Shown: positions 44,387 to 61,216, counted from the stretch's first letter. The stretch is DNA of 64,000 nucleotides from the human T2T-CHM13v2.0 reference genome, Homo sapiens (GCF_009914755.1 NC_060928.1); one strand, 5' to 3'. The notes: generated by a model from the letters alone, not told the origin. Numbers and translations: made by a program.

Positions 44387-45864
44387 CGCTTTCTTAACAA
44401 TTCAAATATTTTAGTCATGAAGATTTAGTCTGATTGACTATCTTTTTGTGATTATTTCTCAGCCATCAGCCTATAGGTATTTGAGACCATTAATTGTGAA
44501 TACCAAAGCTAAGCCATTTCTTGGTTTTCAGAGGTGCAAAAAAATGCAGTAGCTAATCAGAACATTACTATAGTACCACTTAATGTAATGTTAGAAATTG
44601 ACAGATGTTTATTTAGATAGTCTAAAATACTTTCTAGATCTAAACATTAAGAAAGTAAAGGAAAATGGAAAAATTCCAGGTGATTCTATAGTATTGTTGA
44701 AGAGTAGTGTCTCATTACTGAGCAATTACATTAACTTTCTAGTTCCACTGTATATATGGAAATAGATGAAGGTGTTAATGTAGATATAATTACAAGTTTA
44801 CACATAGACATTGACCTACTACCACTAAAACCTAGAATGAACAAGAAAATTCATGAAATATTCTCTAATCAATATTCTAATTTTAAATCTCATCATATAA
44901 AGAAGTTATTAAGTATTGAAAGGTGTTTATATATAAAGTATTGATGGTAACTTTTGGTTCAGATATCAAAAATGACCACATTCAAATCATAGGAATGAAC
45001 TATGTAAACCCAATCATATACTAGTAGCTAATAACATTTTATAAATAAGGCAGAACATTAGTTCGACAAGTAAATCATTACTTTTGGAACTGATATAGAA
45101 AGAGAAGGATAACTCATGGATTTCCCATACATATTAGTTGTTTGTTACCCTTGAGCACTCTTCCATTGACTTTGTGATTTTTTTACCTTGGCTTCTGCTG
45201 GAGAATATTGACATACAGCAACCTCTTGAAATTCCAAGACCTTATGAATTGTATCATTTGCTTAAAGGAGCAGTGAATTTTGACAAATACTTGAAATTGA
45301 TTCTGTGTTGTAAATTGTAAGTTCTAAAATTATCAACACTTTCTCCCAAAATGCATATTTTATTTATGATGGATACTGAGTTTTTCTATTATAGGTTGAT
45401 ATTTTTCTTTAAGTTTGAAGATTTCTTTAATCATATTTTTAAAAGATGACTTTAAGTCCATTTAATATAACATATAATGATCAAAACTATAAATGAAGCA
45501 GAAATTAAATGTAACTTTTGTGGGGAAGGGATGAGGGAAGCCCAGGCACCCAGATAGCCCAAAGTAATCATCAAATATGATGTCAGATAATAGGTGGTGA
45601 CCCAGGCATATGACAATCATTGAGGCAGTTTAGCAAGATGCAACTAGTTGTCTAGACATATAGATGAACACAGTAACTGAGACACTAAAATAAGCTAATA
45701 TGTACAAATTTGAAAAGATGGTAATTATCATCAAAGTGATCCAGCAGCTGGTCACAGAACTACAATTCCTAGATACTTACCTAAAACAAAGCAAAAACTC
45801 TTGACTGTAAGAATTTGGATAATGAGGAGTCTACAGAGGCAGGAACTTAGGAGAAAGATTTGCA

Positions 45865-46445
<581 letters not shown>

Positions 46446-48554
46446 CTAGGTTGGAAATGCTGACTCAACCAAAGACTGGTCTGTATTTCCTAAACTATCC
46501 CTGATAAAGTTCAGTATAGATCCCAGAAGCTGAATGTTGCTTTTAGATCAAGGGTCAAACAATTGCAGCTACAGAGAGAAGGTAGCTTGTGGATGCAGAA
46601 AACCAGGCAGGCCTTGATTCTATTGATGTTACCCTTAAAAAGAGAAGCTTCTGATGACAGCATAATTTAACTTCAACATTTTACTTAAAATGAATCCCTT
46701 ATTAACAATAGATAAACCAATGTAGAGTTCCTAAATGTTAAGAATAATAATTTTAAAAAGTGAATTAGCATATGCCAATGTGGAGTTTCAATGAGCTTTG
46801 CTTGTTTCTACCTAAGTACATAATCAATATGTTGCTAGGTTTTAATAAATACTGAATAGATTATTCATCTATTTTTTTAACTTTTCACAAAGAAACGTGT
46901 TATTTTCTGAAACAGCTCTTTCTGACTTGACAGTGTATCAAGACTATACTGAGCCTTAAAGTGATTACAAATGAGAGGCTCTAGTGTCAGTCGGGAAATA
47001 AGAATGATAAGGTAGACATCCCACTGATGTAAGATTGAACCAATCGTACGTTTGTGACCAACAGAGTGGAAACTTTGCCTGCATCACAAAATCCACTAGT
47101 TCGTATGCTCTCCCATCACAATCTCAAGGCTGGCAAAATGTTTTCCTTGGTTGGGTCCTTTGAGACAAATTAAAGATGTTTTGTTTAACTTGATGTCATC
47201 TAATCAAGTAAAATTGAAAAAGCCATAAAGGCTTGTTAAATTGAAAGTTTGCTTGAACTTGGAGCAGATTAATAGCTCTGTAGCCCTGGGATGCTATAAA
47301 AGGAGTTAATGGCATATACAAAAATCAATCAAGGAATTTAGTCTAAAGCGTATTTGGAATTTGAAATCAATAGCAGTATCATGTGAGGGTTTGATAGCCA
47401 CAAGCATCATGGATGTGGAAAGAGCTTGGAGTAATAATGATGAAGGAATCAGGTAGTGCAGATTAAAAAAGATCCGGACCTTAATCTCATCCACTCATTT
47501 ACAGTAGATGTTGTCACCTCACCACACCAAAATAATAATAATAAAAGAAAAAGCCATTTCAGGCCTGAAATCTCTCATTTTCACTTATCTTCTTTAAACT
47601 TTCTTATTCTTCACCACCATTCCGAGTTAGTTCTCTGTATTTCACAGGAAGATGTGTTTCTATTCCTTTCTTAGGCTGGCCCTGCCCGCTGTGCTTAGAA
47701 TTCCATCTCTTTCTTCCTCCTCTGGAAATTGATTATCTCTAGTCCACACACATACCTCACCCCTGAGCTCTCAGATCCTCAATCCTGCCCTGTCTACCTC
47801 TTTTCTCACAGCCTGTAAACAAGCTGAAAACTCTTCTCATCTTAAAACACCTCCACTCTATCCCCACATTTCCCTGAAGGTTTTTTCCTAATCTCTCTTT
47901 CTTTTTCTCCAAAGTACTTGAAAGGATAATCTATATCTGTTGTCTATTGCCTCAACTTCCTTTCAACCCACTGCAATCTGGCACCTGCCTACCCACCTCC
48001 CGCCTCTGCTAAAACTGTTCTCAGAAAGGTCACAAAGGACCTCTTTACATTCAATCTTATGCTGTGGCTCTCAGATTTATATCTCCAACTGAGATCTCTT
48101 CTGAGCCCCAGATTGATGTACTAGCACTCTTCTTGGCATGTCTGTTTTGATGTTTCAAAGGCATCTTGAGTTTAATTTGCTCAAAACTTTATTCTTGATT
48201 TTTCCCTTTCAAATGAATTTCTTCCTCAGTCACTTTAATCTCACTATCCGACCATAATCCTGGGATTAATTGTTAACAGCTCCATTTCTCTCAAACTCCG
48301 CTGATCCGTTCTATTGCAAGTATCATCTATTCTACTTGCAAAATATTTATCAGGCCCGTCCATTTCTCCCCCGCTCTATTGCCACCAGTCTTTTCCAAAC
48401 TATCATTACTTTTTACCTGGACCATTGTAGCTGCCTTTTACAGTCTTCTTGCTTTCACTTTTGACTCCCTCTAACCCAATTTCTGCCCAGCAGCCACAGT
48501 GATCTTTGCAAGATGTAAATTGGGTCATATTATTTCTCTGCTTTAAAATATTCA

Positions 48555-48962
<408 letters not shown>

Positions 48963-49234
48963 TCATCATTTTCCTCTTGCTTACTGTATACATTACTCCA
49001 GCACAATAGACTTTGTTTCTGGCAGACCATATTTTCTCATATCCCATCATCATAACTTTCTCGTTTCTTCTGGCTGAAATGCTTTTCCCCACCATAGTTC
49101 TTTTGGCTTCCTCTTCTCATCCTTCAGTCCTCACCTCACATGCCACCTTCGATAGGAGGCTTTCTTGAGACTCCTCCAATCTAAGTTAGGAACCAGTAGT
49201 TATTCTCTTTCAAAATTCTTTTTTAGTTTCCCAT

Positions 49235-50262
49235 TGCTATTGTCTGAAAGTTTGTATCCCTCAAAAATTCATATGTTGAAACCTAGCCCCCAATATAATG
49301 ATATTAAGAAATGTAGCTTTTGGAGGTGATTAGATCACAAGGGCAGAGTCCTCATGAATGGGAAAACAGTAGTCCCCACTTATTTACAGTTTTGCTTTTT
49401 GTCTGAAAATATTAAATGGAAAATTCCAGAAATAAACTTTCATCAGTTTTAAATTATACCCTTGATTGGAGCATGATGAAATCGCCTACGATCCTGCTCT
49501 GTCCTGACTGGGGCATAAATCATCCCTTTATCCAGTGTATCCACATGTATATGCTGTCTATACTTCCTACCTATTAATCATTGACACCATCTGCTCCTGA
49601 CATCATCATGGCTTGATGATCCAGGATCACCCAAAGCAGATGATGCTCCCTTTGATATATCTTCAGAAGATCAATAGTAACCAAAAGCTATGTCACAGTG
49701 CCTACGTCATTCACCTCATTTTATCTCATCATGCAGGCATTGTATCATCTCACATTACAAGAAGAAGGGTGAGGACAGTACAATAAGATATTTTGAGTGA
49801 GAGAGATCACATTCATGTAACTTTTATTACATTATATTTTTATAACTATTCTATTTCATTATTAATTATTGTTAATCTCATACTGTGCCTAATTTACAAA
49901 TTAAACTTTATCATAAATATGTACATATAGAAAAAACATAGTATATGTAGGGTTTGGTACTATTTGCAATTTCATATATCTACTGAGGGTCTTGGAATAT
50001 ATCTCCTGAACGTAAGGAAAAACTACTACAGTGCTCTTATAAAAGAAGCCCTGAGATCTACCTTGCCCCTTCCACCATATAAGGACACAGCTAGAAGTTA
50101 CCTTTTATGAACCAGAAAGTGAGCCCTCACCAGACACTAAAATCTGCCAGTACATTGATCTTAGACTTCCCAGCCTATATAACTATGAGAAATAAATGGC
50201 TGTTATTCATAAATTACCCAGTTTATGGCATTTTGTCATAGCAATCCAAATGAACTGAGACA
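49235..50262 (+). mobile_element. MLT1A0-type LTR split by MER44
   Basis: tgctat...aattcatatgttgaaacct...ctcatgaatggga, resumes gtgctcttataaaaga...gaactgagaca. Confidence 0.85.
49367..50028. mobile_element. MER44 (B/D-like; TcMar-Tigger)
   Basis: TIRs CAGTAGTCCCC.CTTA / TAAGG...ACTACT; internal gatgatccaggatcacccaaagcagatgat. Confidence 0.85.
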
Positions 50263-50609
50263 TCTATATCATAGTAGTATTTGTTTCCATGCTTGTTGTT
50301 TCTTTCCCCCATAGATTATAAACTTCCTGTGAGGGAAGGGATCATTGTTTTGCTCACCATTCAATCACTAAACCTAGTCTAGTACCTGAAAATAAATATT
50401 TGTGTAGTGAATGTATGCTAAATTTCTTGGCTTCAAACTTTTCAAGTCATTTGACTTTTAGAATATAAGTCTAGTTTAATTTTTTCAGATGAGATTTAAG
50501 AAGGATATTTTTACTTGCAATAAAATATCATTTCATTTATACATTCATTTATATACTTTATACAGTCTTTCATTTGTATAATTTTATATTCATGTTTTAA
50601 GACCATCTC

Positions 50610-50745
50610 AGCTGGGCACGATGGCATGGGCCTGTAGTCCCAACTATCTGGGAGGTTGAGCTGGGAGGATCACTTGACTCCAGGAGTTTGAGTCCAGCCT
50701 GGGCAACATAGTGAAACCGTATCGCTTAAAAGAAAAAAAAAAAAG
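50610..50745 (+). mobile_element. FLAM (fossil left Alu monomer)
   Basis: Monomer gcctgtagtccc...ggaggatcacttga..ccaggagttt...ctgggcaacatagtga plus A tail. Confidence 0.85.
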
Positions 50746-51240
50746 AGTAGGATCTCTTAAAAGAAAAAAAGAAAAAAAAAACTATTTCAAAAATTATAAA
50801 AGTGTTAACCAACAGCCAGGTAAGGAAAGATCTAACATTTATATTACTTTAGGAATTTTGAAGGGTGGTAAGTGTAATGAAACTATGAATTTTTTTGTTG
50901 TTGTTTTATCATAAGGCATTAACTATGTTCTTCCTACTTACACTATGACCAAGTTTTCAGACAAAGGTAACACTTAGTGACACCTGGTTACTTTTACACT
51001 GGTTTCTTGTTTTAAAAAATGGTTTGATAACTTTTAACCTAGTCCTTGTCGTATGTATTTAATTTAATGAACTATCCACTTAATCCATCTGTTTAACTCT
51101 CAGAAGATTGTCATTGTCTTTATATAAATATCTTGATAGTAACAACATGTACACAGAATGTAAAGCAATAGTCATATTTAATTATTTCCAAAATAAAATT
51201 ATTTTCTTGTCTACAAAAATAGCATGTGATAAGAAATATC

Positions 51241-52330
<1,090 letters not shown>

Positions 52331-52699
52331 AGAAATATCTGTCCACCTAGTGTTATAAAATGGCCTAGCTTAGATATGGAAATTGTTCTGAGAAAATGGG
52401 AGGTTTGCAGAATTGAAATATTAAGTTTTATTCAAGTAAAGCACTACATTAACAACTGGAAATAAAATTTTTAAAGTATAGTTTTCAGACATAAGACATG
52501 AGTAGTTCTATAAAAGTCTGCCCTTGAATGGTCACATCTGGAGAATTAAGTCCAGTTTTTAATGCCATTTTAAGGTAATTTCATTCAGAAAGAGGAGACC
52601 AAGATATCTGTAAGAAAAATATAAGAAGGCATAGCAGACATTCTGAATGTTTTAACGTGCTATCATATAGCAGATGAAACTATGATCAGAGTTGCCCAG

Positions 52700-53758
52700 T
52701 GTGCTATTCATAGTTCTTCAGAGAAATAGAGCCAGTAGGCTAAACATATCCTATTGGCTGTATTTTATACAGAATAAAATATATAATGTATAATATAAAA
52801 TATATAATTTAATGTAAAATACAGCCAATCAAGCCAATAGGACATATATAGCACATACATATATATGGAATATATAGCATATATAAAGAATATAGAGAAT
52901 ATATATTTACATATTTTTAGAAATGTATACATTTAGAAATATATATATATTTAGAATAGAAGCCTTTCCATTCTAAATGGTTACCAATACTATTCCCTCT
53001 CTCTCTCTTGCTCTCTGTCTGTCTATATATCCCACATATATACATATAAATATTGGTATATGATATATATAAAATATATATGTATCTTATCTCTATATAT
53101 AGATATCATATATATGATACATAGCTATCAATACCACTACATATATAATAGTATATATTATATACCAATACATGTATATAGATATATATACAGAGAGAGA
53201 GAGAAAGATAGGTAAAGTACAGATAAGATATATATCTATATATAGAGAGCGAGTGAGAAATAAGAAAGAGAGAGAAAGACAGATTTATTATAAGGAATTG
53301 GCTCACGCAATTATGGAGGCTGACGATCTCAAGATCTACAGAGTGAGTCAGCCAACTAGAGAGCCAATGGTGTAATTCCAGTCCCAGTCCAAAGGCTTGA
53401 GAACCAGAATTGATAGCGTAACTCTAGTCTGAAGACCTAACAGACTCAAGACCTAGGAAGTACTGATGTTTCCATTTGAGTTCAAAAGCAGGAAAAAACC
53501 TGATGTGTCAGTTTCAGGGTAGTCAGACAGGAGGAATTGTCTCTTACTCAGGGGAGAGTCAGTTTATTTGTTCAACTCAGGCCTTCAACTGGTTGGATGA
53601 CGCTCACCCACGTTGTGGGGGGCAAGCTGCTTTATTCAGTCTACTGATTTAAATGTTAATCTCCTCCAAAAACACCCTCACAGGAACACCCAGAATAATA
53701 TTTGACTACTGGACACCTCGTGATCCAGCCAAGTTGACACATAAAGTTAACCAGCACA
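52700..53758 (-). mobile_element. MLT2B-type (ERVL) LTR with expanded AT/AG-rich internal region, inserted in a MIR
   Basis: cagagaaatagagcca..agg; agatttattataaggaattggctcacgc...caagttgacacataaagttaacca.caca. Confidence 0.88.
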
Positions 53759-53779
53759 TCTAGAAATGCTAGATTTGAA

Positions 53780-54110
53780 CCCATTCAATTCCATTTAATT
53801 CAACTAGCACTTCTTAAGTAGCGATATGTGGCTCTTTGTACTACTAAGTGCTGGTGATATAGCAGCAACAAGTAGACAATAGTCAGAAGCTGCAAGAAGG
53901 TAGATTTAGAAGTTAAGAGACTCTCCAATGAGCAGCAGTGTTCATTCATGAAATAGATCCCTGCTTAAGAAGGAACTTCCCCTACCACAGAGACACTTCA
54001 ACTAATAAGAAATGGCCACATACCAGAAATAATATAGAAGACATTCCTCATTGAGAGGCCAGTTTAATTTTATAAACTTCAAGGTCTCTTTTAGCCTCAA
54101 AATCTAGACT
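53780..54110. mobile_element. L2 3' end and L3/MIR3-like remnants
   Basis: ttcaactagcacttcttaagta...; ttcaaggtctcttttagcctcaaaatcta. Confidence 0.45.
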
Positions 54111-55144
54111 GCTGGGAGTTTATTAAATTTAGTTACATCACTAATACATTGCTTTCTGTGCCTATCTCAAATATTAATTCTAAAGTGATCCTGATTTATA
54201 AAGGAAATTAGAATATAGAAAAAAATATGAATATATAAACATGTAAATACTCACAAGGAAAACATGAAATATAGGACAATTACAAGCAAAAGCCTTTAAA
54301 CCATTCTTACTTTTATTGCTGCCTGCCAAATCATTAGTTCTGATCTGAAATAATGTAAAACCAGCATCTACAACATGCTGCACACTTTCTATTCATGGAT
54401 GCAAAACACCAAAAATAACAGAAGTAAATTGAACTTCATGAATGATTCATGACTTCCTTTGCTTTATGTCCCCATTGTCAAGGAAATTAGCAGCATTGGA
54501 TATCTCCTTAGATAAATCTGATTTTGCCATATTCAGTAGACTACTTAATGAAAATGAATATTTCACATTTATGTTCATAGAAATGTTAATGAATTTTAGT
54601 GCCTGTAGCTTTTTTGATGAGAAGAGGGGTGGGTGGAGAGAGGAAGGGAATATTTTTTCAGAATTAATTTATTCCTTTTTCCAGCCTGCTTCTTTGAAAC
54701 TGTGAAAAAGTACTCTCTCTGAAAAGTATCTGATCTTTCAAAGTTATAAAATAAAAGCCAGTGGGGGAATGGAGTTCCTTTTATGAAAATTAGTTTTGCA
54801 ATCAACTTGACTATAAAGTTAGCCTCATAGTTGTTCACTTCTATACTACAGACAGTTTATTTTCCATCCATGGGCAAGCGGCTGTGTAGATTGATGAGAA
54901 TATCTCAGATTTACAGATTTAGATTCTGGAAGTTTGTTCTTCCATTGGTGTCATGATGGATGACCATTTTGCAACTAGATTCCAAAGAGGAAGTGTAAAA
55001 TAAAGCTCATTTTTTAAAATCTAAAGCTTTTAGGAAACAACCAAACACTTAAAGACACATTTTATACAGGAACTTTGATCTTCTAATACTGGACACCCTT
55101 GCTGAACTAAGGAACTTTTTGATTCACTTGAGATCCAAACTTGA

Positions 55145-55330
55145 TAATAACAATATCTAATATTTATTAATGGGCCAGGCACTTTATAAAGATTCCCCAC
55201 TGATTTCTCTCACAAGAAGAAAATCGAACCATCAAGGTAGTAACTAGCTTCAAGACAAAAATCTGTAGAGGTTTGAATGAGATTTGAACTCAGTCAATCT
55301 GACTGGCAAGTCTACGATTTAGCCCTTATA
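55145..55330 (-). mobile_element. MIR
   Basis: taatatttatt..tgggccaggcact...gagatttgaactcagtc.atctgact. Confidence 0.6.
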
Positions 55331-55994
55331 GTCTCTTGAGAAAACTTGCTTCTTAATACTGTCTTCACAAAACCTTTTTCTCTGGCTTCCCCACTAGGTG
55401 TGAGTTGGGTGGTTTTAGGTGTACTCTATCTGGACAGGAAGCAAACACCTGAGAAGAAAGCACATTTTAATTGGTCCTTCTCTCTCACCGAATCTGTCCC
55501 AATTCAGTTCTTAAGTAGGCTTTATTTTTGACATTCTTGCCAGTTAAACCAAATATTCATATACTTTTAGAATAACAATTATTTTGCCAAATCACTTCTA
55601 TAAATGCAATAGATCACACAATGGTCAGAAACCCTTTCTCTTCTAAATGGCTACCAATACTATTCCCCCAAATCACATCAGTGTGGTGCTGGGCCTGACA
55701 ACAATGGTGCTACAGTTTCAAAGTCCATTTATTATCCATAATTATAGTGCAACAGGCACTATATTCAAAGTCAATTTATTATTCATATATATGCATTAAC
55801 ATCTACAACCTTGGAAATGGACATATTCTTATGAGGGGTCTTGGATTTTCTATGAACAACATCCACATACGAATAATGAAACAAGTATATAATTTAGTTC
55901 CCATATAGGTGTCAATTTCCACATTTAAGTTACATTATTCTTATCTTTAAGATGAAAGACTTTTAAAGGGAGCTTTTAAAAACTATTGATACTA

Positions 55995-56110
55995 TGCCCC
56001 ACCCCAGGCCAATAGCATCAGAATTTGTGGAAGGTGGGTCCTAGCACAAGAATTTTTTAAGCTTCCAAGTTGATTCCAATATGCAGCCACATTTGACAGC
56101 CACTGCTCTA
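55995..56110. mobile_element. MER5A/B fragment
   Basis: ccccaccccag...atcagaat...tttttaagct.ccaag.tgattc.aatatgcagcca...ccactgctcta. Confidence 0.8.
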
Positions 56111-56469
56111 AGGTTGCCATGCATTGTTTTTTTTTCCTCTTCTCTTTTACTTTAACCTCCTCTTTTAATAGACCCAGTTCTCTAAATAAAAAGCAGAATA
56201 GAAACATAGAAATGAAATAAAGTACAGCAAAGAACAGAAAATGACATGATTTTCAAAGGAAGAAATCACTGAAATGATCAAAGGAAAAATTGTAAACTAT
56301 TCTTTCTTTTATTTCCTCTGGCAGAAGGCTCCATTTTTTCTCTCTAAAGTGCATGCCTTGAAATAGGTGGACCAATGGACCCTGCCTTACATTAGAATTA
56401 AGTGCTCCAGCTTAATATTCAAATCTATGTAATAAGAAGTCAAGTTGTTACAGGATGTTAATCTATTTT

Positions 56470-56586
56470 TAAAATTCATATATATAAAATATATACATAT
56501 TTTTATATTCATATATTTATAAATATATTTATATAATATATATTATATTTATATATTTAAAAATATATACATATATATTTAAAACC

Positions 56587-56622
<36 letters not shown>
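56470..56622. repeat. AT-rich low-complexity region and (TA)n
   Basis: Pure (TA)n run at about 56592-56619. Confidence 0.9.
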
Positions 56623-56624
<2 letters not shown>

Positions 56625-56815
56625 CACGTATTAATATGAATGTGACCAATAAACATTAATTTGAATAATGATGCTATGGAAAGGGGAGTTATCTATACTT
56701 GGGAGAGACATGGTCATCAGCCACTTTAGCAACATTCTCTGCCATGTAAAAGAAATAAAGCAAGTTAAAATGTATGTTTGAATGAATAGACAACGGTTTT
56801 TACAATAGCTTCTCA

Positions 56816-57282
<467 letters not shown>

Positions 57283-57449
57283 CTAGTACGTTATTGCATT
57301 GATTCCAAATCAATTGTATTCCCAGGATTTAGATTATGTGTACCTACAATGTAGACAAAAAAATTTCACTGAATAGAGCCAAGGGCTTGCCTGCCCTCAT
57401 CTTAGACACTATCAGAGCAGAATCACACAACATGTGTGAGATGCACCTT

Positions 57450-57590
57450 GCAGTGCTTGTCGAACATTCAGGGTCTTGCTAAAATCAGATTCTGAGTTAG
57501 TGAGCCTGAGCTGGGGCCTGAGAGTCTGTATTTCAAACATTTCCCAGATGATACTAATGCTGTTGGTTGATGGACTCAACTTTGAGTAGT
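57450..57590. mobile_element. MER5A
   Basis: cagattctga.t.agt...ctggggcctgagagtctgtatttc.aaca..ttcccagatgat...actttgagtag. Confidence 0.8.
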
Positions 57591-59509
57591 CAAAATCTGG
57601 AGTCAGCATAAATAAATAAGTAAATAAATAAATAATAATTTTAAGAAAATTTTTTAAAAAGCCTGTCTCACCTGTCCTCCTCAATCTATTTTCCCAGCCT
57701 GTTTGCTTCCTAATGTGATTTAAATGGTTAGCTAAAAGGCTTTTTTCACACTGTTTGCTCAGCCCTTGAATCAGAGAGTTTGAGTTTTAAATAAACTGAG
57801 GCAGAAAAGTCTTTTTCAAATTACCTGAAATACATACACCTGAACAGCAAATTTTGTTAAGTAACATTCCTGGCATTTCTTATGTGTGGAGGACTTCCAG
57901 AAATATAGTATCATTAATACTCCTAAACCCGCATTAAAAATAATATTTGGGCAAATATTTTCTATGTAGAAAGGACTTATTTTAACAAAGAAAAAATTTT
58001 AAACACTCTATTTGATTTTATTTGACTCTGTGTCCAGAAACTAGAGATTTTTTAGTAGAAGGAGCACATAGTTTACACCTCCGCTATCTAGAGGTCTGCA
58101 ATTTAATGAGTCATTCTGGAGAGCACAAGTTTTCCCGACTTTATTTAAACTATTCTTGATGTAAATCTTTCTCAACACAGAATTCTGAAAAGCATTTATC
58201 CTTTTTTGATGATTCAAGGTCATAATTGTGGGCGTTTCTCATGATGTGTTAAAGCTCTAGCTTCACATGAATTAAAGGCAGATGTAAAGGACTTGTTCTC
58301 TGATCTTCTTAGTGACCTGAAAACCTATCTTTTTGTAATATCTTCCTGGGCAGAGTGATGAATCACCTCTCTATGTAATTAATGTGTCAACAGTAGAAAA
58401 GTCCATCTTAGTCATTAGGCATATTTTTACAACTTAGGACATAGGTGTTTTTCTGGCATAGTTCTCATTTTAAGTAACCTAGTCCCTTTACTAGGAATCA
58501 GTAATCGTTTTAGCATGAATTGTGAGCTTCAGGGTCTCAGGCATGGTCCAGATCCTGAATGTCTACCTCCTCTTTACCTTCCTCCATCCTGTCTGCAGTA
58601 ACGATAGGTTCTCACGGGTCACCTGCATTCACTCAGTATCCAGTTATATATATATATAAGTGTTTTCTACATGAACTCCCCTATTCTTGTTGTTGTTGCC
58701 ATTATTTTATATCTTCCTCTTTGAATTTGTACATGTTATATGTAGAGGGAAGGTATGTTACATAATTGTCATCTGATTTTAGATTGGAAATATTCGGAAG
58801 TGTCCTCCCATTTGCCCCAACAAATGCAAGATGATACTCTCCCTGTTGTCCATCTGATTATTTCCTTCCAACTGTTCATCTAGTTGCATAATAAAAGGAA
58901 CAAGCCTGATTCTGCTACATTTTCACAGCTTCTTGACCAGTATGTACAGTTACAATAAAACTAAATTTTCTTCCTAGTTTAATGAAGTTTAAGAAGTATT
59001 CTTCTGCTACGTTGATACCAGGTTATAATGTTACTCTTCTTAAAGTTTTACTTTGCAGAGAATTTCATGCATAACAAACATTGAAAATTCTCTTTTTTTC
59101 CATTTGAAGATGAATAATAATGCTATGATGATAGCATGACTAGAAGTAGCAAAAACTAAAGCAAAAGCATGCTTAGATTGAATCTCAGATACCATGTTCA
59201 CATGCCACGAAGACCATGAGAAGGGCAATCCAAGAGTAGGTCAAGGTGAGATGTATGTTGAATGTATTTGGAGGCATGAATACAGAAGATTTAAACCTGG
59301 CAAAGATGACACTGGACACCAGCTCTGAGACTTATGCATTACTCTGACTGAATTCACATGGGAAGCATCTTTTTGTCATAAGTTCTGTTTTAGACATTCA
59401 AGATCTACACTTAGAAGTAAACTGGTCTTTCTAAATCAAAGCCCTGAGAAAATGCCATCGACCAAGTGGAAGAAAGCTGCAAGTAGAGCCCAGATCAGTG
59501 TTTAACATT

Positions 59510-60870
59510 TTAAATTTATATCATCAATTAGACATTTAAGTGGAGATATCAAGTGAAAGTCTAAGTTTAGAGTTCAGAGGAGAGATTCTATCTGGAAATA
59601 TAAATTTACAAGTCATGATCTTGTAGATATATTTAAACCCATGAATCTGAACGGCATTTCCAAGGTAATTAGTATACCTCAAGAAGAGGTCCAAGTGCTT
59701 AGTCTTGGTCAAATCGGTGCTAGAGGTTGGGGAGATAATAGAAAACACAAGCATGGCAATGATTATGTGCAAGCACATTGTAAATAATATCCCATTTAAT
59801 CTCAACCATAACTCTATCAGTAGGTGCCACCGTTCCCATTTTTCCAAGGAGGAAGTGTTGTTACCATTTACCAATGAAGAAGCCAAGACACAGTGGCAAT
59901 AGCTAACTTGCCTTTGTTCATACCTAGTAAGTGGCAGAGCCAAATCTGCAAACTAAAAGAGATGACAGTGAGATAGGAGAAAACCTAGGAGAGAAGGGTA
60001 TGCTTGAAATCAAGGTAAAAAAAAAATGTTCTAGAAAAAGAAGTGATCACCTAGGACAAATGTCCCTGATAGTGCAAGTTGGATGACAACTGATAACTGA
60101 CAATTGGATTTAGCAACACAGAGTGCTGGAGTGAAAGTCTAAATGGAGTGGATGGAAGCTAGACCAGAAGATAATTACAGTTATGAGGGGGATAAGACAC
60201 AGTCAAAAAGTGGCCAATTAATAAGCCAGTTGGATGTGATGCAGTTATTGGTCATAACAAGGTCTAGAGATGGGAGTGAGTGGTGAGGTGAAATGCAGGA
60301 AATGATCATTGCAGAGACCAAGGAATTTAAAGTCTGGTGTATAGAAAAATAATCCGCATGTATATTGGATTCACAAAGAACTAAGACAGGAGTTTGAAGT
60401 TGAAATAGAAGCCAAACATAGAAAAAGGAGAATAATTAACCTTGGATTGGCAGATGACAACAGCAGTAAGATGACATAAGATTCAAATTTAGGAAGGAGT
60501 AAGGGAGAATAGTCTGGAAGGGACAATAAGAAACAGAGTCACTTGAACCTGGGAGGCAGAGGTTGCCATGAGCTGAAATAGCTCCACTGCACTCCAGCCT
60601 AGGTGGCAGAACAAGACTCCATCCCCCCATCCCCCGAAAGAAGTGACAAAGAGTCACTTCATATAACTCCAAGGCCTAATACCAGGGATGTAGGAGAAAA
60701 AGCAGCTAGGACTTCAGAGAGCTGGTGGATAAGCTATGTTTGTAAGGGAGAGCAAGGTTTTGATAAGAGGAGGTGGTGAGGATGAGAGCATTGAGGATAT
60801 GGGGATTTTACTTTTGATGGACTGTGTGCCTCAGTGGGCATAAAGGAGGGTTTTGGAATCATGGAGGGCT
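59510..60870 (-). mobile_element. L2 (antisense) interrupted by MIR (about 59750-59950) and an Alu fragment
   Basis: tagacatttaagtggagatatcaagt...ggagttcagaggagag; ttggatttagcaaca. Confidence 0.75.
60539..60640 (+). mobile_element. Short 5'-truncated Alu right-arm fragment
   Basis: tcacttgaacctgggaggcagaggttgc...; TSD AGAGTCACTT (60535-44 and 60650-59) overlaps the Alu 5' end. Confidence 0.85.
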
Positions 60871-60871
60871 A

Positions 60872-61216
<345 letters not shown>

